Shown piece by piece: positions 7,473 to 21,427 of a stretch of 64,000 nucleotides of DNA; within the stretch, counting starts at the first letter, position 1, and each line of letters opens with the position of its first letter. The translations under genes were made by a program, and so were the position numbers. The notes under the pieces were generated by a model. The model had not been told where the DNA came from and ran no database searches. It was given only the letters and a program-made list of their open reading frames with translations. This DNA is from Escherichia coli. GTDB lineage: Bacteria > Pseudomonadota > Gammaproteobacteria > Enterobacterales > Enterobacteriaceae. The stretch lies in the NCBI RefSeq assembly GCF_011045215.1, contig NZ_CP049201.1; one strand, written 5' to 3'.

Positions 7473-7527
7473 TTTAAAATCCCTCGGCGTTCGCGCTGTG
7501 CGGGTTCAAGTCCCGCTCCGGGTACCA
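7473..7527 (+). other. leuZ: 3' ~55 nt of tRNA-Leu (leuZ) ending in CCA: attachment-site core; not an intact tRNA
   Basis: TTTAAAATCCCTCGGCGTTCGCGCTGTGCGGGTTCAAGTCCCGCTCCGGGTACCA matches the leuZ 3' part; upstream sequence only partly tRNA-like, no acceptor-stem 5' strand. Confidence 0.8.
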
Positions 7528-7570
7528 TGGGAAAGATAAGAATAAAATCAAAGCAATAAGCAGTGTCGTG

Positions 7571-7596
7571 AAACCACCTTCGGGTGGTTTTTTTGT
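7571..7596 (+). terminator. Intrinsic terminator of the leuZ tRNA operon
   Basis: AAACCACC-TTCG-GGTGGTTT stem followed by T-run. Confidence 0.8.
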
Positions 7597-7722
7597 GCCT
7601 GCAACTTGTCGTTACACCCTCCTTAATTTTTAATCACCGGCAAAGCCACTCAAAAAGTATCTCTGATACGGACCGGCATGTAAGATAGGTGCTGGCGAGT
7701 TGAGATCCACAAGGAAAAGCGT

Positions 7723-8388
7723 ATGAAAACGGGACCGTTAAACGAAAGTGAGTTGGAATGGCTGGACGATATTCTGACCAAATACAACACTGACCACGCC
7801 ATCCTTGATGTGGCGGAGCTGGACGGTTTATTGACGGCAGTGTTGAGTTCTCCGCAAGAGATTGAACCGGCACAGTGGCTGGTTGCCGTGTGGGGTGGGG
7901 CTGACTATGTGCCGCGCTGGGCGTCAGAGAAAGAGATGACGCGCTTTATGAACCTGGCTTTTCAACATATGGCCGATACCGCAGAGCGTCTGAACGAATT
8001 CCCGGAGCAGTTTGAGCCGTTATTCGGCTTGCGAGAAGTTGATGGCAGCGAGCTGACGATTGTTGAGGAGTGGTGCTTTGGCTATATGCGGGGCGTGGCA
8101 CTTTCTGACTGGTCAACATTGCCCGATTCGTTAAAACCAGCGCTGGAGGCGATAGCGCTGCACGGTACTGAGGAAAACTTCGAGCGGGTAGAGAAGATGT
8201 CGCCAGAAGCGTTTGAAGAGAGCGTAGATGCCATTCGACTGGCGGCGCTTGATTTACATGCATACTGGATGGCGCATCCGCAGGAAAAAGCTGTTCAGCA
8301 ACCGATCAAAGCAGAAGAGAAACCGGGGCGTAACGATCCTTGTCCGTGCGGCAGTGGTAAGAAATTTAAGCAGTGCTGCCTGCATTAA
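7723..8388 (+). CDS. yecA: UPF0149 protein YecA with C-terminal SEC-C zinc motif
   Basis: 221 aa; C-terminal [13 protein letters not shown]; K-12 synteny. Confidence 0.9.
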   Translation: MKTGPLNESELEWLDDILTKYNTDHAILDVAELDGLLTAVLSSPQEIEPAQWLVAVWGGADYVPRWASEKEMTRFMNLAFQHMADTAERLNEFPEQFEPLFGLREVDGSELTIVEEWCFGYMRGVALSDWSTLPDSLKPALEAIALHGTEENFERVEKMSPEAFEESVDAIRLAALDLHAYWMAHPQEKAVQQPIKAEEKPGRNDPCPCGSGKKFKQCCLH

Positions 8389-8449
8389 GAAGTCAAATTG
8401 GGTGTCAGCGTTAATTCTGGCACCCAATAAGGAATTTGAGGCTATCTAA

Positions 8450-9661
8450 TCACCCCACTTCTGGTAACAACCCTGCCGCAATCAAAAATTGCACGCCAAT
8501 CACAGCAATACCACAGAGAAACACCACCACCAGCGCCGGACGACCACCTTTGACCCGGTAACCCGCTTGAGGATTGTGCCTTCTGCTTTGCCAGGTCAAC
8601 AGCGAAGGGATAATCAATGCCAGTACCGCCAGCGCCACACCGGCGTAACCCAGCGCCATCACAAATCCTCGTGGATAAAACAGTGCAAACGCCAACGGCG
8701 GCAGAAAGGTAATTGCTCCAGTTTGCAATCGTCCACCAACGGTATTTGAACGCTGAAACAAATCAGCCAGATAATCAAATAAGCCTAACGCAACGCCGAG
8801 AAATGACGTGGCGAGGGCTAAATCAGCAAATAAATGCACTGCCAGCTCAACATGCGGAGAGGCCACCATTTCGCGTAACGCCTGTAACAGCCCGTTTAAT
8901 CCGGCATGATTAGCCAGCAATCCCATAAAGGTTGTTGAATCAATGCTGCCAAGCGTCGCCACCTGCCAGAAAATATATGCCACCAGGGGGATCGCACTAC
9001 CGATTATAAACACCCAGCGTAGCTTACGAATGTTGCCATCCATATAGCTGACAATACTCGGCACGCTACCGTGAAAACCAAACGACGTAAAAATCACCGG
9101 GATTGCAGACAGTGCCAGCCCCTGTTGCAACGGCAGGGTTAAAAGATTCACTTTGTGAATATGCGGTAGCAGCAATACCAACATCACCACCAAAAAAATA
9201 ATTTTGGCGCTGAACAGAAAACGGTTAAATAAATCGACCAGCGATGTTCCAACACAAACCACGCCACCGGCAACAAAAGTGAACAACAGCACGCCAGCGG
9301 TTGCCGACATTGAAATACCTGTCCAGTCGCTGATGCTGGAGGCCAACAATTCACCGGCACCGCTGATGTATGCCGCAGTCAGAGCATACATTAAGAACAT
9401 CATACTGAAGCCCGTCAGCCATTGACCGTAGCGTCCCAGATAGCGTTTTGCCAGCGTGCCCAGACCGGTATCTGCCGGAACATGCTGGTACACCTCCAGC
9501 AGTAATAGCGCCGTGTAGCACATCAACGCCCAAAGCCCAATCAACAAGATTAACGTAACGCTAAAACCAACACCGGCCGCAGCCAGCGGCATTGCCAGCA
9601 TGCCTGCGCCAATTGTGGTTCCCGCCACGATAAAAACACTTCCCAGGGTTCTGTTTTTCAC
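8450..9661 (-). CDS. tyrP: Tyrosine-specific transport protein
   Basis: 403 aa polytopic permease; synteny. Confidence 0.95.
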   Translation of the reverse strand: MKNRTLGSVFIVAGTTIGAGMLAMPLAAAGVGFSVTLILLIGLWALMCYTALLLLEVYQHVPADTGLGTLAKRYLGRYGQWLTGFSMMFLMYALTAAYISGAGELLASSISDWTGISMSATAGVLLFTFVAGGVVCVGTSLVDLFNRFLFSAKIIFLVVMLVLLLPHIHKVNLLTLPLQQGLALSAIPVIFTSFGFHGSVPSIVSYMDGNIRKLRWVFIIGSAIPLVAYIFWQVATLGSIDSTTFMGLLANHAGLNGLLQALREMVASPHVELAVHLFADLALATSFLGVALGLFDYLADLFQRSNTVGGRLQTGAITFLPPLAFALFYPRGFVMALGYAGVALAVLALIIPSLLTWQSRRHNPQAGYRVKGGRPALVVVFLCGIAVIGVQFLIAAGLLPEVG

Positions 9662-9752
9662 GCTTTCTTCTGTCCTGACGATCTTTATGAGTGATATCTG
9701 CGGCGCAGGTTAAGGCATAACGGCTGCTTCGTCAAACCGACGTTACATATGG

Positions 9753-9770
9753 TGTAAATATAAATGTACA
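9753..9770. promoter_or_regulatory. TyrR box upstream of tyrP (TGTAAA-N6-TGTACA)
   Basis: One mismatch to TGTAAA-N6-TTTACA consensus, in tyrP promoter region. Confidence 0.5.
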
Positions 9771-9852
9771 ATAAAAAGCATTCAGTCCTGCGCTGGCGCA
9801 AAGTCTTCATAAGCGGCAATCGCTACGCTAGGCTTTTTTTTGAGGAGGAACG

Positions 9853-10092
9853 ATGGACTCTATTCACGGTCATGAAGTGTTAAATATGATGATTGAATCA
9901 GGCGAGCAATATACGCATGCCAGTCTGGAAGCTGCGATTAAAGCGCGTTTTGGTGAACAGGCACGTTTTCACACTTGCTCGGCAGAAGGGATGACAGCGG
10001 GAGAGCTGGTAGCGTTTCTGGCAGCAAAAGGCAAATTGATAGCTTCAGAAGAAGGTTTTTCGACCGATCAGAGTAAGATTTGCCGTCACTGA
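9853..10092 (+). CDS. yecH: Small protein YecH
   Basis: 79 aa; synteny. Confidence 0.85.
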   Translation: MDSIHGHEVLNMMIESGEQYTHASLEAAIKARFGEQARFHTCSAEGMTAGELVAFLAAKGKLIASEEGFSTDQSKICRH

Positions 10093-10129
10093 TTTGAAAC
10101 GGCGGCAGAAAACCTGCCGCCTGAGAGCA

Positions 10130-10627
10130 TTAGTTTTGTGTGTCGAGGGTAGAGAGTTCTTTGTCGATAAAATACAGACCTTCGCCGCTTTTGCCTGCCA
10201 GGCTTAATTTATCAATAATCGATTTGAACAGTTTCTCTTCTTCATGCTGCTCAGAAACATACCATTGCAGGAAATTAAATGTTGGGTAGTCCTGATTGGT
10301 CATTGCAGCATGAGCCAGTTCGTTAATTTTCTGGGTGATTAATTGTTCGTGTTTATAGGTTTCCTGGAATAATTCATCAAGTGAGGAATATTCAGCAAAC
10401 GGAGATTCAACGGTATTAATACGCGGTAAATTGCCGGTATCAGTCAGGTAATCAAACAGACGCTGCATATGCGTCATCTCTTCCTGGGCGTGACGGCGCA
10501 GGAACGCGGCAGCACCTTCGAAGGTATGATAGCTGCACCAGGCGCTCATTTGCTGATAAAGCAGTGAAGAGTACAGTTCCAGGTTCATCTGCTCATTAAG
10601 TTTTTCAATCATTTCTGGTTTCAGCAT
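10130..10627 (-). CDS. ftnA: Ferritin
   Basis: 165 aa from [13 protein letters not shown]; ORF-track start is 5 codons upstream. Confidence 0.95.
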
Positions 10628-10797
10628 GATAGTGCTCCACAAAGGTTATATTTGTTGCTGTGGCGTCACTATAATTTGTTATTTTATTATTTGCAAAAGG
10701 TAAAATATAAACTTCAATTATTAAAAATACGAATGGGAATAAAACGCATTACCGCTATTTCTTTAATCAGCGAAGATCCCCTCGCTGATTAAAATAT

Positions 10798-11121
10798 TTA
10801 GAGAAAGACAGGGAAGGCGGAATGATGGCACTGATATGACAAAGTGAATTCCGTATTCAAACATAAGGAACCCGCAAAAAGGCTACAGTTGCCTACTGGC
10901 TGACCAAAGGGGATCGCGTGGGTATAGCCTTCCTGCTGGCATGCGCGATCGGCGATCCCGCGACTGACATAACGATCGGTATGGGCATGCTGCAAAAAAG
11001 CCTGGTCATAAACCAACCGTACAATACCTGTTGCCGCGTCAACTTCGCTCACATGGGCCTGGCGAGTAACTGTACACCCCGCCAGCGTTATTAATGAAAG
11101 AGTCAGAATCAGAAGTCTCAT
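10798..11121 (-). CDS. yecR: Lipoprotein YecR
   Basis: 107 aa; signal peptide with lipobox LAGC. Confidence 0.85.
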   Translation of the reverse strand: MRLLILTLSLITLAGCTVTRQAHVSEVDAATGIVRLVYDQAFLQHAHTDRYVSRGIADRACQQEGYTHAIPFGQPVGNCSLFAGSLCLNTEFTLSYQCHHSAFPVFL

Positions 11122-11285
11122 GGTCCAGCCAGAAGAGTAAGAGAAAGCACTATTTTACGCGTTACAGCGCTGCGACAATGGCCGGAAAAGACGCCTGGCA
11201 GGCGCTATTTCTTGCCATCTGTAGGTGTCAGAAATAGGGGGGCTGTTTTTGGATTATCATTTTTATAACATTAAAGGGGTATTTA

Positions 11286-11301
11286 TGTGATTTGTATCAC
11301 A
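11286..11301. promoter_or_regulatory. CRP binding site (TGTGA-N6-TCACA) upstream of azuC
   Basis: Perfect match to CRP half-sites. Confidence 0.6.
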
Positions 11302-11383
11302 TAAAGATTGATTTTTGTGATGGTTGTCATATTATAAGCGCAAAGACAATAACACCTGTATAACAAATGGTCGGAGTGCCGCG

Positions 11384-11470
11384 ATGAAACTGCGCAAAAT
11401 CCTGAAAAGTATGTTCAATAACTATTGCAAGACGTTCAAAGACGTACCGCCAGGCAATATGTTCCGATAA
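11384..11470 (+). CDS. azuC: 28-aa small protein AzuC (dual-function AzuCR/IsrB RNA)
   Basis: ATG...TAA encodes MKLRKILKSMFNNYCKTFKDVPPGNMFR; absent from ORF track (<60 aa). Confidence 0.85.
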   Translation: MKLRKILKSMFNNYCKTFKDVPPGNMFR

Positions 11471-11474
11471 CAAA

Positions 11475-11499
11475 AAACCTGCTCCGGCAGGTTTTTTTG
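11475..11499 (+). terminator. Intrinsic terminator of azuC
   Basis: ACCTGC-TCCG-GCAGGT stem then T7. Confidence 0.8.
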
Positions 11500-11584
11500 T
11501 GTCCTGATGACGGTGGATGTGACTATCGTTGAAGATGTGAAGCCGCTACTATAACGGTTTTCAAAATGCTATCAGGAGTTTACG

Positions 11585-11836
11585 ATGTCCCAGCCGCTGA
11601 ATGCCGATCAGGAACTGGTTTCTGATGTGGTTGCTTGCCAGTTGGTTATCAAACAAATTCTGGATGTTCTCGATGTAATCGCGCCCGTTGAAGTTCGCGA
11701 AAAAATGTCCAGCCAGCTGAAGAATATCGACTTTACTAACCATCCCGCCGCCGCAGACCCGGTCACCATGCGGGCAATCCAAAAAGCCATCGCGCTGATT
11801 GAACTCAAGTTTACCCCACAGGGCGAATCCCATTAA
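11585..11836 (+). CDS. yecJ: Small protein YecJ
   Basis: 83 aa; synteny. Confidence 0.85.
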
Positions 11837-11914
11837 AAAACCGCTGCTTCAAAAAGATGAGGCAGCGGTTTCTCAAAAACTTCATCGGCGCAATGCATTA
11901 GCGCCGATGTATGA

Positions 11915-12418
11915 TCAATGCAGCTGATGCGACACGACATTCAGAACATGTTGGTCGGTCTGCACTGGGCACATACCCGCAAGTTTCGCACTGCGCACTT
12001 CATCAAGAATGGTTTGCAGCAACAGGCCATCATGCTGCTGTTCTTTTTCCAGATCGCGCAGGAAATTGACGGTTGAATCATCATTCAGTTCTTTCGCTTC
12101 ATCGGCTAACTGCGCCAGCGTGCTTGAACGTTGCTCGTATTCTTCCATCGTTTTTTGGAACAGTTCTTCCAGAGAGTTCAGTTTTTCACCAGGAACATCA
12201 ATGGCTTTAACGATGGGGGTAGCGCCGACACTCTTCATAAAGTTAAACATGCGCATCATTTGGGTCACATTACTCTGTGCCTGGGCGCGAAGGAAAGTGG
12301 CGGTGCCGTTCAGACTCTGTTCAGAACACCAGTTACTCAGGTGAAGGTAGAGATTGGATGCGTAAAACTCGCGGTTCATTTGAGAGTTGAGTTTGAGAAG
12401 CATTCCAGCGGTTGCCAT
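11915..12418 (-). CDS. ftnB: Ferritin-like protein FtnB
   Basis: 167 aa ferritin-fold. Confidence 0.9.
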   Translation of the reverse strand: MATAGMLLKLNSQMNREFYASNLYLHLSNWCSEQSLNGTATFLRAQAQSNVTQMMRMFNFMKSVGATPIVKAIDVPGEKLNSLEELFQKTMEEYEQRSSTLAQLADEAKELNDDSTVNFLRDLEKEQQHDGLLLQTILDEVRSAKLAGMCPVQTDQHVLNVVSHQLH

Positions 12419-13214
12419 ACCTAATATCCTTATATCCAGAAGTGGAGAGGTGCAAGATAAATCAAAACACCATAATTACTGTTTGCAGAATAATTCCTTT
12501 CTGCCGGTCCGAAATGTGATCGTGGAGTCAATTCTGACGATGATCTGAAATAAGAATAACGTCTGAACGGGTATAAGAAAATGCTTAAATCATCAAGTTT
12601 ATATATTTTTACATTTCATTGATGAAATCAATGTAACTGCAATGAATTTTAATGATAGTGCTTTTTGTATCTTGTTGATATTAATCGATGAATTTGAATT
12701 CATGATGAAGTGATGATTTTATAAAACGTTTTTTCATTTTTGCGAGATGGCTCTCATTATACGTGTTCTGTTAATTAATGAGCACAGTGATAATTAATGG
12801 CGAAATGAATGACGCGCATTTTCCACATCTTTGAGTTGTGGTTATTACACCATTTCAAAAACTCAACGCCAGGTAATGCGGCCTATTGACTGGTTAAAAA
12901 GAAGACATCCCGCATGGGTACCAAAGACAACAAGGATTTCCAGGCTAATCTTATGGATTAATCTGCTGTGCATTCGACAATTTGTCTGACAAATTGGCTT
13001 TCCCTTATGTCTTTTCCCGCTAAATTTATGCACGTTCTCACTGTAATTCTGCGATGTGATATTGCTCTCCTATGGAGAATTAATTTCTCGCTAAAACTAT
13101 GTCAACACGGTCACTTATCTTTTAGTTAAAAGGTAATGCTTTGTTTTCCGATTAATTTAACGAATGTCATTCGTTTTTGCCCTACACAAAACGACACTAA
13201 AGCTGGAGAGAACC

Positions 13215-14204
13215 ATGCACAAATTTACTAAAGCCCTGGCAGCCATTGGTCTGGCAGCCGTTATGTCACAATCCGCTATGGCGGAGAACCTGAAGCTCGG
13301 TTTTCTGGTGAAGCAACCGGAAGAGCCGTGGTTCCAGACCGAATGGAAGTTTGCCGATAAAGCCGGGAAGGATTTAGGGTTTGAGGTTATTAAGATTGCC
13401 GTGCCGGATGGCGAAAAAACATTGAACGCGATCGACAGCCTGGCTGCCAGTGGCGCAAAAGGTTTCGTTATTTGTACTCCGGACCCCAAACTCGGCTCTG
13501 CCATCGTCGCGAAAGCGCGTGGCTACGATATGAAAGTCATTGCCGTGGATGACCAGTTTGTTAATGCCAAAGGTAAGCCAATGGATACCGTTCCGCTGGT
13601 GATGATGGCGGCGACTAAAATTGGCGAACGTCAGGGCCAGGAACTGTATAAAGAGATGCAGAAACGGGGTTGGGATGTCAAAGAAAGCGCGGTGATGGCG
13701 ATTACCGCCAACGAACTGGATACCGCCCGCCGCCGTACAACGGGTTCTATGGACGCACTGAAAGCGGCCGGATTCCCGGAAAAACAAATTTATCAGGTAC
13801 CTACCAAATCTAACGACATCCCGGGGGCATTTGACGCTGCCAACTCAATGCTGGTTCAACATCCGGAAGTTAAACATTGGCTGATCGTCGGTATGAACGA
13901 CAGCACCGTACTTGGCGGCGTACGTGCAACCGAAGGTCAGGGCTTTAAAGCAGCCGATATCATCGGTATTGGTATTAACGGTGTGGATGCCGTAAGCGAA
14001 CTGTCTAAAGCACAGGCAACCGGCTTCTACGGTTCCCTGCTGCCAAGCCCGGATGTTCATGGCTATAAATCCAGCGAAATGCTTTACAACTGGATAGCAA
14101 AAGACGTTGAACCGCCAAAATTTACCGAAGTTACCGACGTGGTACTGATCACGCGTGACAACTTTAAAGAAGAACTGGAGAAAAAAGGTTTAGGCGGTAA
14201 GTAA
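13215..14204 (+). CDS. araF: L-arabinose ABC transporter periplasmic binding protein
   Basis: 329 aa from MHKFTKALAAIGLAAVMSQSAMA. Confidence 0.95.
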   Translation: MHKFTKALAAIGLAAVMSQSAMAENLKLGFLVKQPEEPWFQTEWKFADKAGKDLGFEVIKIAVPDGEKTLNAIDSLAASGAKGFVICTPDPKLGSAIVAKARGYDMKVIAVDDQFVNAKGKPMDTVPLVMMAATKIGERQGQELYKEMQKRGWDVKESAVMAITANELDTARRRTTGSMDALKAAGFPEKQIYQVPTKSNDIPGAFDAANSMLVQHPEVKHWLIVGMNDSTVLGGVRATEGQGFKAADIIGIGINGVDAVSELSKAQATGFYGSLLPSPDVHGYKSSEMLYNWIAKDVEPPKFTEVTDVVLITRDNFKEELEKKGLGGK

Positions 14205-14273
14205 TTTGCCGGAAAAATTCCCCTCTGCATGATGCAGAGGGGGTGTGAACGACCAGTGATTCACGGAGACGTT

Positions 14274-15788
14274 ATGCAACAGTCTACCCCGTATCTCTCA
14301 TTTCGCGGCATCGGTAAAACGTTTCCCGGCGTTAAGGCGCTGACGGATATTAGTTTTGACTGCTATGCCGGTCAGGTTCATGCGTTGATGGGTGAAAATG
14401 GCGCAGGAAAATCAACTCTCTTAAAAATCCTCAGCGGCAACTATGCGCCAACCACGGGTTCTGTAGTGATTAATGGGCAGGAAATGTCCTTTTCCGACAC
14501 GACCGCAGCACTTAACGCGGGTGTGGCGATTATTTACCAGGAACTGCATCTCGTGCCGGAAATGACCGTCGCGGAAAACATCTATCTCGGCCAGCTGCCG
14601 CATAAAGGCGGCATTGTGAATCGCTCATTGCTGAATTATGAGGCGGGTTTACAACTTAAACATCTTGGTATGGATATTGACCCGGACACGCCGCTGAAAT
14701 ATCTCTCCATTGGTCAGTGGCAGATGGTTGAAATTGCCAAAGCCCTGGCGCGTAATGCCAAAATTATCGCCTTTGATGAGCCAACCAGCTCCCTCTCTGC
14801 CCGTGAAATCGACAATCTTTTCCGCGTTATTCGTGAACTGCGAAAAGAGGGGCGGGTGATCTTATACGTTTCTCACCGTATGGAAGAAATATTTGCCCTC
14901 AGCGATGCCATCACCGTCTTTAAAGATGGGCGTTATGTCAAAACCTTTACCGATATGCAGCAGGTTGACCACGACGCGCTGGTGCAGGCGATGGTCGGGC
15001 GCGACATTGGCGATATCTACGGCTGGCAACCGCGTAGTTATGGCGAGGAGCGCCTGCGTCTTGATGCTGTGAAAGCACCAGGCGTGCGTACGCCAATAAA
15101 TCTGGCGGTTCGCAGTGGTGAAATTGTTGGGCTGTTTGGTCTGGTAGGGGCGGGGCGTAGCGAATTAATGAAAGGCTTGTTTGGCGGGACGCAAATCACC
15201 GCCGGTCAGGTTTATATCGACCAACAGCCGATCGATATTCGTAAACCGAGCCACGCCATTGCCGCAGGCATGATGCTCTGCCCGGAAGATCGCAAAGCGG
15301 AAGGCATTATTCCCGTGCACTCCGTTCGCGACAATATCAACATCAGCGCCAGACGTAAACATGTGCTCGGCGGTTGTGTAATCAACAACGGTTGGGAAGA
15401 AAACAATGCCGATCACCACATTCGTTCGCTCAATATCAAAACGCCGGGCGCGGAGCAACTGATCATGAATCTCTCAGGCGGAAATCAGCAAAAAGCCATT
15501 CTGGGCCGCTGGTTATCGGAAGAGATGAAGGTCATTTTGCTGGATGAACCTACGCGCGGTATTGATGTTGGCGCTAAGCACGAAATATATAACGTAATTT
15601 ATGCGCTGGCGGCGCAGGGCGTGGCGGTGCTGTTTGCCTCCAGCGACTTACCTGAAGTCCTCGGCGTTGCCGACCGGATTGTGGTGATGCGGGAAGGTGA
15701 AATCGCCGGTGAATTGTTACACGAGCAGGCAGATGAGCGTCAGGCACTGAGCCTTGCGATGCCTAAAGTCAGCCAGGCTGTTGCCTGA
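14274..15788 (+). CDS. araG: L-arabinose ABC transporter ATP-binding protein
   Basis: 504 aa from [15 protein letters not shown]; duplicated ABC domains. Confidence 0.95.
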   Translation: MQQSTPYLSFRGIGKTFPGVKALTDISFDCYAGQVHALMGENGAGKSTLLKILSGNYAPTTGSVVINGQEMSFSDTTAALNAGVAIIYQELHLVPEMTVAENIYLGQLPHKGGIVNRSLLNYEAGLQLKHLGMDIDPDTPLKYLSIGQWQMVEIAKALARNAKIIAFDEPTSSLSAREIDNLFRVIRELRKEGRVILYVSHRMEEIFALSDAITVFKDGRYVKTFTDMQQVDHDALVQAMVGRDIGDIYGWQPRSYGEERLRLDAVKAPGVRTPINLAVRSGEIVGLFGLVGAGRSELMKGLFGGTQITAGQVYIDQQPIDIRKPSHAIAAGMMLCPEDRKAEGIIPVHSVRDNINISARRKHVLGGCVINNGWEENNADHHIRSLNIKTPGAEQLIMNLSGGNQQKAILGRWLSEEMKVILLDEPTRGIDVGAKHEIYNVIYALAAQGVAVLFASSDLPEVLGVADRIVVMREGEIAGELLHEQADERQALSLAMPKVSQAVA

Positions 15789-15802
15789 GTAAGGAGAGTA
15801 TG

Positions 15803-19155
<3,353 letters not shown>

Positions 19156-19161
19156 GAGCGG

Positions 19162-19590
19162 TTAATCTCCCGTAAGTGGAACTAACAGCACATCGACCTC
19201 ACTTGAGGCAATAACTCTTTTCGCCGAGCAGGATGCTCGCGAAAAGAAACTGTGATTGTGATTACCGCAAATCACCAAATCGAAATGATGTTTGTGACAT
19301 ACTTCCAGAATATGTTCGCTTAACTCACCGTAGGCAATAAACGTCTTGTCAACGGGATACCCCGCATCCTGAATTAACTTATCAAGAAAGCTTTGCGTTT
19401 CTTCCTGCATCACGCTGCGTAAATCTTCAAGCATCGGCGCAGCTAATTGATTGTACATTTCCGGGTCGGAAGCGAGAGTAATTAAACTGATGTGTCCCTT
19501 TACTGGCCTGGCGATAGATACCGCTTTTGCCAGCAGTTGCTGACTTTCCGGTGTAACCGCAACAGCGACAAGAATATTGCTATAGCTCAT
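19162..19590 (-). CDS. uspC: Universal stress protein C
   Basis: 142 aa. Confidence 0.9.
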   Translation of the reverse strand: MSYSNILVAVAVTPESQQLLAKAVSIARPVKGHISLITLASDPEMYNQLAAPMLEDLRSVMQEETQSFLDKLIQDAGYPVDKTFIAYGELSEHILEVCHKHHFDLVICGNHNHSFFSRASCSAKRVIASSEVDVLLVPLTGD

Positions 19591-20369
19591 AACCTGTTCC
19601 TTATTCTGTGAACTTCAGGTGACATTAAAGCTTTACTCCTAATGGAGAAACGACGCAATCCCAACTCGGTCAAACAGGTAAATATTAGTCTGATTATTAG
19701 TAAAGACAATTAATCAATCACTCCCGGTGATCATATAATTTCAAATGTAATTATAAGAAAATAGTGTACTGATTCTCCGCATTAAACAAGTGGTTAATAT
19801 ATGTAAAACATTTCATTAACATTAAGTTGATTGTTGCCTTTCTTTGTATTTAATTAGTTTGTTGTGCGGTAAGTGTCTGTTTAAAAATAGCTTATCTGGT
19901 ATTGCATGAAAGTGATTATTTATAGCAGATGATTATTTACGGTGAGTTATTTTAACTGTGCGCAACATCCCATTTCGATTATTCCTGTTTCATTTTTGCT
20001 TGCTAGCGTAGCGAAAAACTTTTTAACAGATTGAAATACACCCAAAACAAAAGTATGACTTATACATTTATGTTAAGTAATTGAGTGTTTTGTGTGATCT
20101 GCATCACACATTATTGAAAATCGCAGCCCCCCTCCGTTGTATGTGCGTGTAGTGACGAGTACAGTTGCGTCGATTTAGGAAAAATCTTAGATAAGTGTAA
20201 AGACCCATTTCTATTTGTAAGGACATATTAAACCAAAAAGGTGGTTCTGCTTATTGCAGATTATCGCAACTATTCTAATGCTAATTATTTTTTACCGGGG
20301 CTTCCCGGCGACATCACGGGGTGCGGTGAAACCGCATAAAAATAAAGTTGGTTATTCTGGGTGGGAATA
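19591..20369. promoter_or_regulatory. flhDC upstream regulatory region (AT-rich, ~780 bp)
   Basis: Long AT-rich intergenic region upstream of flhD; no transposase ORF present. Confidence 0.6.
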
Positions 20370-20720
20370 ATGCATACCTCCGAGTTGCTGAAACACATTT
20401 ATGACATCAACTTGTCATATTTACTACTTGCACAGCGTTTGATTGTTCAGGACAAAGCGTCCGCTATGTTTCGTCTCGGCATAAATGAAGAAATGGCGAC
20501 AACGTTAGCGGCACTGACTCTTCCGCAAATGGTTAAGCTGGCAGAAACCAATCAACTGGTTTGTCACTTCCGTTTTGACAGCCACCAGACGATTACTCAG
20601 TTGACGCAAGATTCCCGCGTTGACGATCTCCAGCAAATTCATACCGGCATCATGCTCTCAACACGCTTGCTGAATGATGTTAATCAGCCTGAAGAAGCGC
20701 TGCGCAAGAAAAGGGCCTGA
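20370..20720 (+). CDS. flhD: Flagellar master regulator FlhD
   Basis: 116 aa from MHTSELL (alternative start 20361). Confidence 0.95.
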
Positions 20721-20722
20721 TC

Positions 20723-21301
20723 ATGAGTGAAAAAAGCATTGTTCAGGAAGCACGGGATATTCAGCTGGCAATGGAATTGATCACCCTGGGCGCTCGTTTG
20801 CAGATGCTGGAAAGCGAAACACAGTTAAGTCGCGGACGCCTGATAAAACTTTATAAAGAACTGCGCGGAAGCCCACCGCCGAAAGGCATGCTGCCATTCT
20901 CAACCGACTGGTTTATGACCTGGGAACAAAACGTTCATGCTTCGATGTTCTGTAATGTATGGCAGTTTTTACTGAAAACCGGTTTGTGTAATGGCGTCGA
21001 TGCGGTGATCAAAGCCTACCGTTTATACCTTGAACAGTGCCCACAAGCAGAAGAAGGACCACTGCTGGCATTAACCCGTGCCTGGACATTGGTGCGGTTT
21101 GTTGAAAGTGGATTACTGCAACTTTCCAGCTGCAACTGCTGCGGCGGCAATTTTATTACCCACGCTCACCAGCCTGTTGGCAGCTTTGCCTGCAGCTTAT
21201 GCCAACCGCCATCCCGGGCAGTAAAAAGACGTAAACTTTCCCAGAATCCTGCCGATATTATCCCACAACTGCTGGATGAACAGAGAGTACAGGCTGTTTA
21301 A
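20723..21301 (+). CDS. flhC: Flagellar master regulator FlhC
   Basis: 192 aa; zinc site CNCCGG...CSLC. Confidence 0.95.
   Translation: MSEKSIVQEARDIQLAMELITLGARLQMLESETQLSRGRLIKLYKELRGSPPPKGMLPFSTDWFMTWEQNVHASMFCNVWQFLLKTGLCNGVDAVIKAYRLYLEQCPQAEEGPLLALTRAWTLVRFVESGLLQLSSCNCCGGNFITHAHQPVGSFACSLCQPPSRAVKRRKLSQNPADIIPQLLDEQRVQAV
21232..21258 (+). promoter_or_regulatory. Sigma-28 (FliA) promoter for motAB-cheAW, inside the 3' end of flhC
   Basis: TAAACTTT-N11-GCCGATAT, two mismatches to TAAAGTTT-N11-GCCGATAA. Confidence 0.5.
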
Positions 21302-21326
21302 CTGATACGGTGAGGCGCAACATTCC

Positions 21327-21359
21327 AGCAGCGGTAACGACGTACCGCTGCTTTTTTTT
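21327..21359 (+). terminator. Intrinsic terminator after flhC
   Basis: CAGCAGCGG...CCGCTGC stem followed by T8. Confidence 0.75.
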
Positions 21360-21427
21360 GCCCCAATCGCGCGTTAACGCCTGACGACTGAACATCCTGT
21401 CATGGTCAACAGTGGAAGGATGATGTC

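Larger units (their letters stand above)
1..7527. mobile_element. Terminal part of a P2-family integrated element (cryptic prophage-like) in the leuZ tRNA site; left end lies outside the window
   Basis: P2-type tyrosine integrase next to a 3' tRNA-Leu fragment, XRE repressor-like gene, divergent early region, HUH gpA-like replication gene, parMR, low-GC cargo; core synteny resumes at yecA. Confidence 0.7.

Noticed and set aside
7441-7527. Possible intact tRNA-Leu gene
   Set aside because: Only the 3' ~55 nt match leuZ; the 5' acceptor-stem strand is absent, so it is an attachment-site remnant.
19591-20369. IS element upstream of flhD
   Set aside because: No transposase ORF or inverted terminal repeats in the interval.
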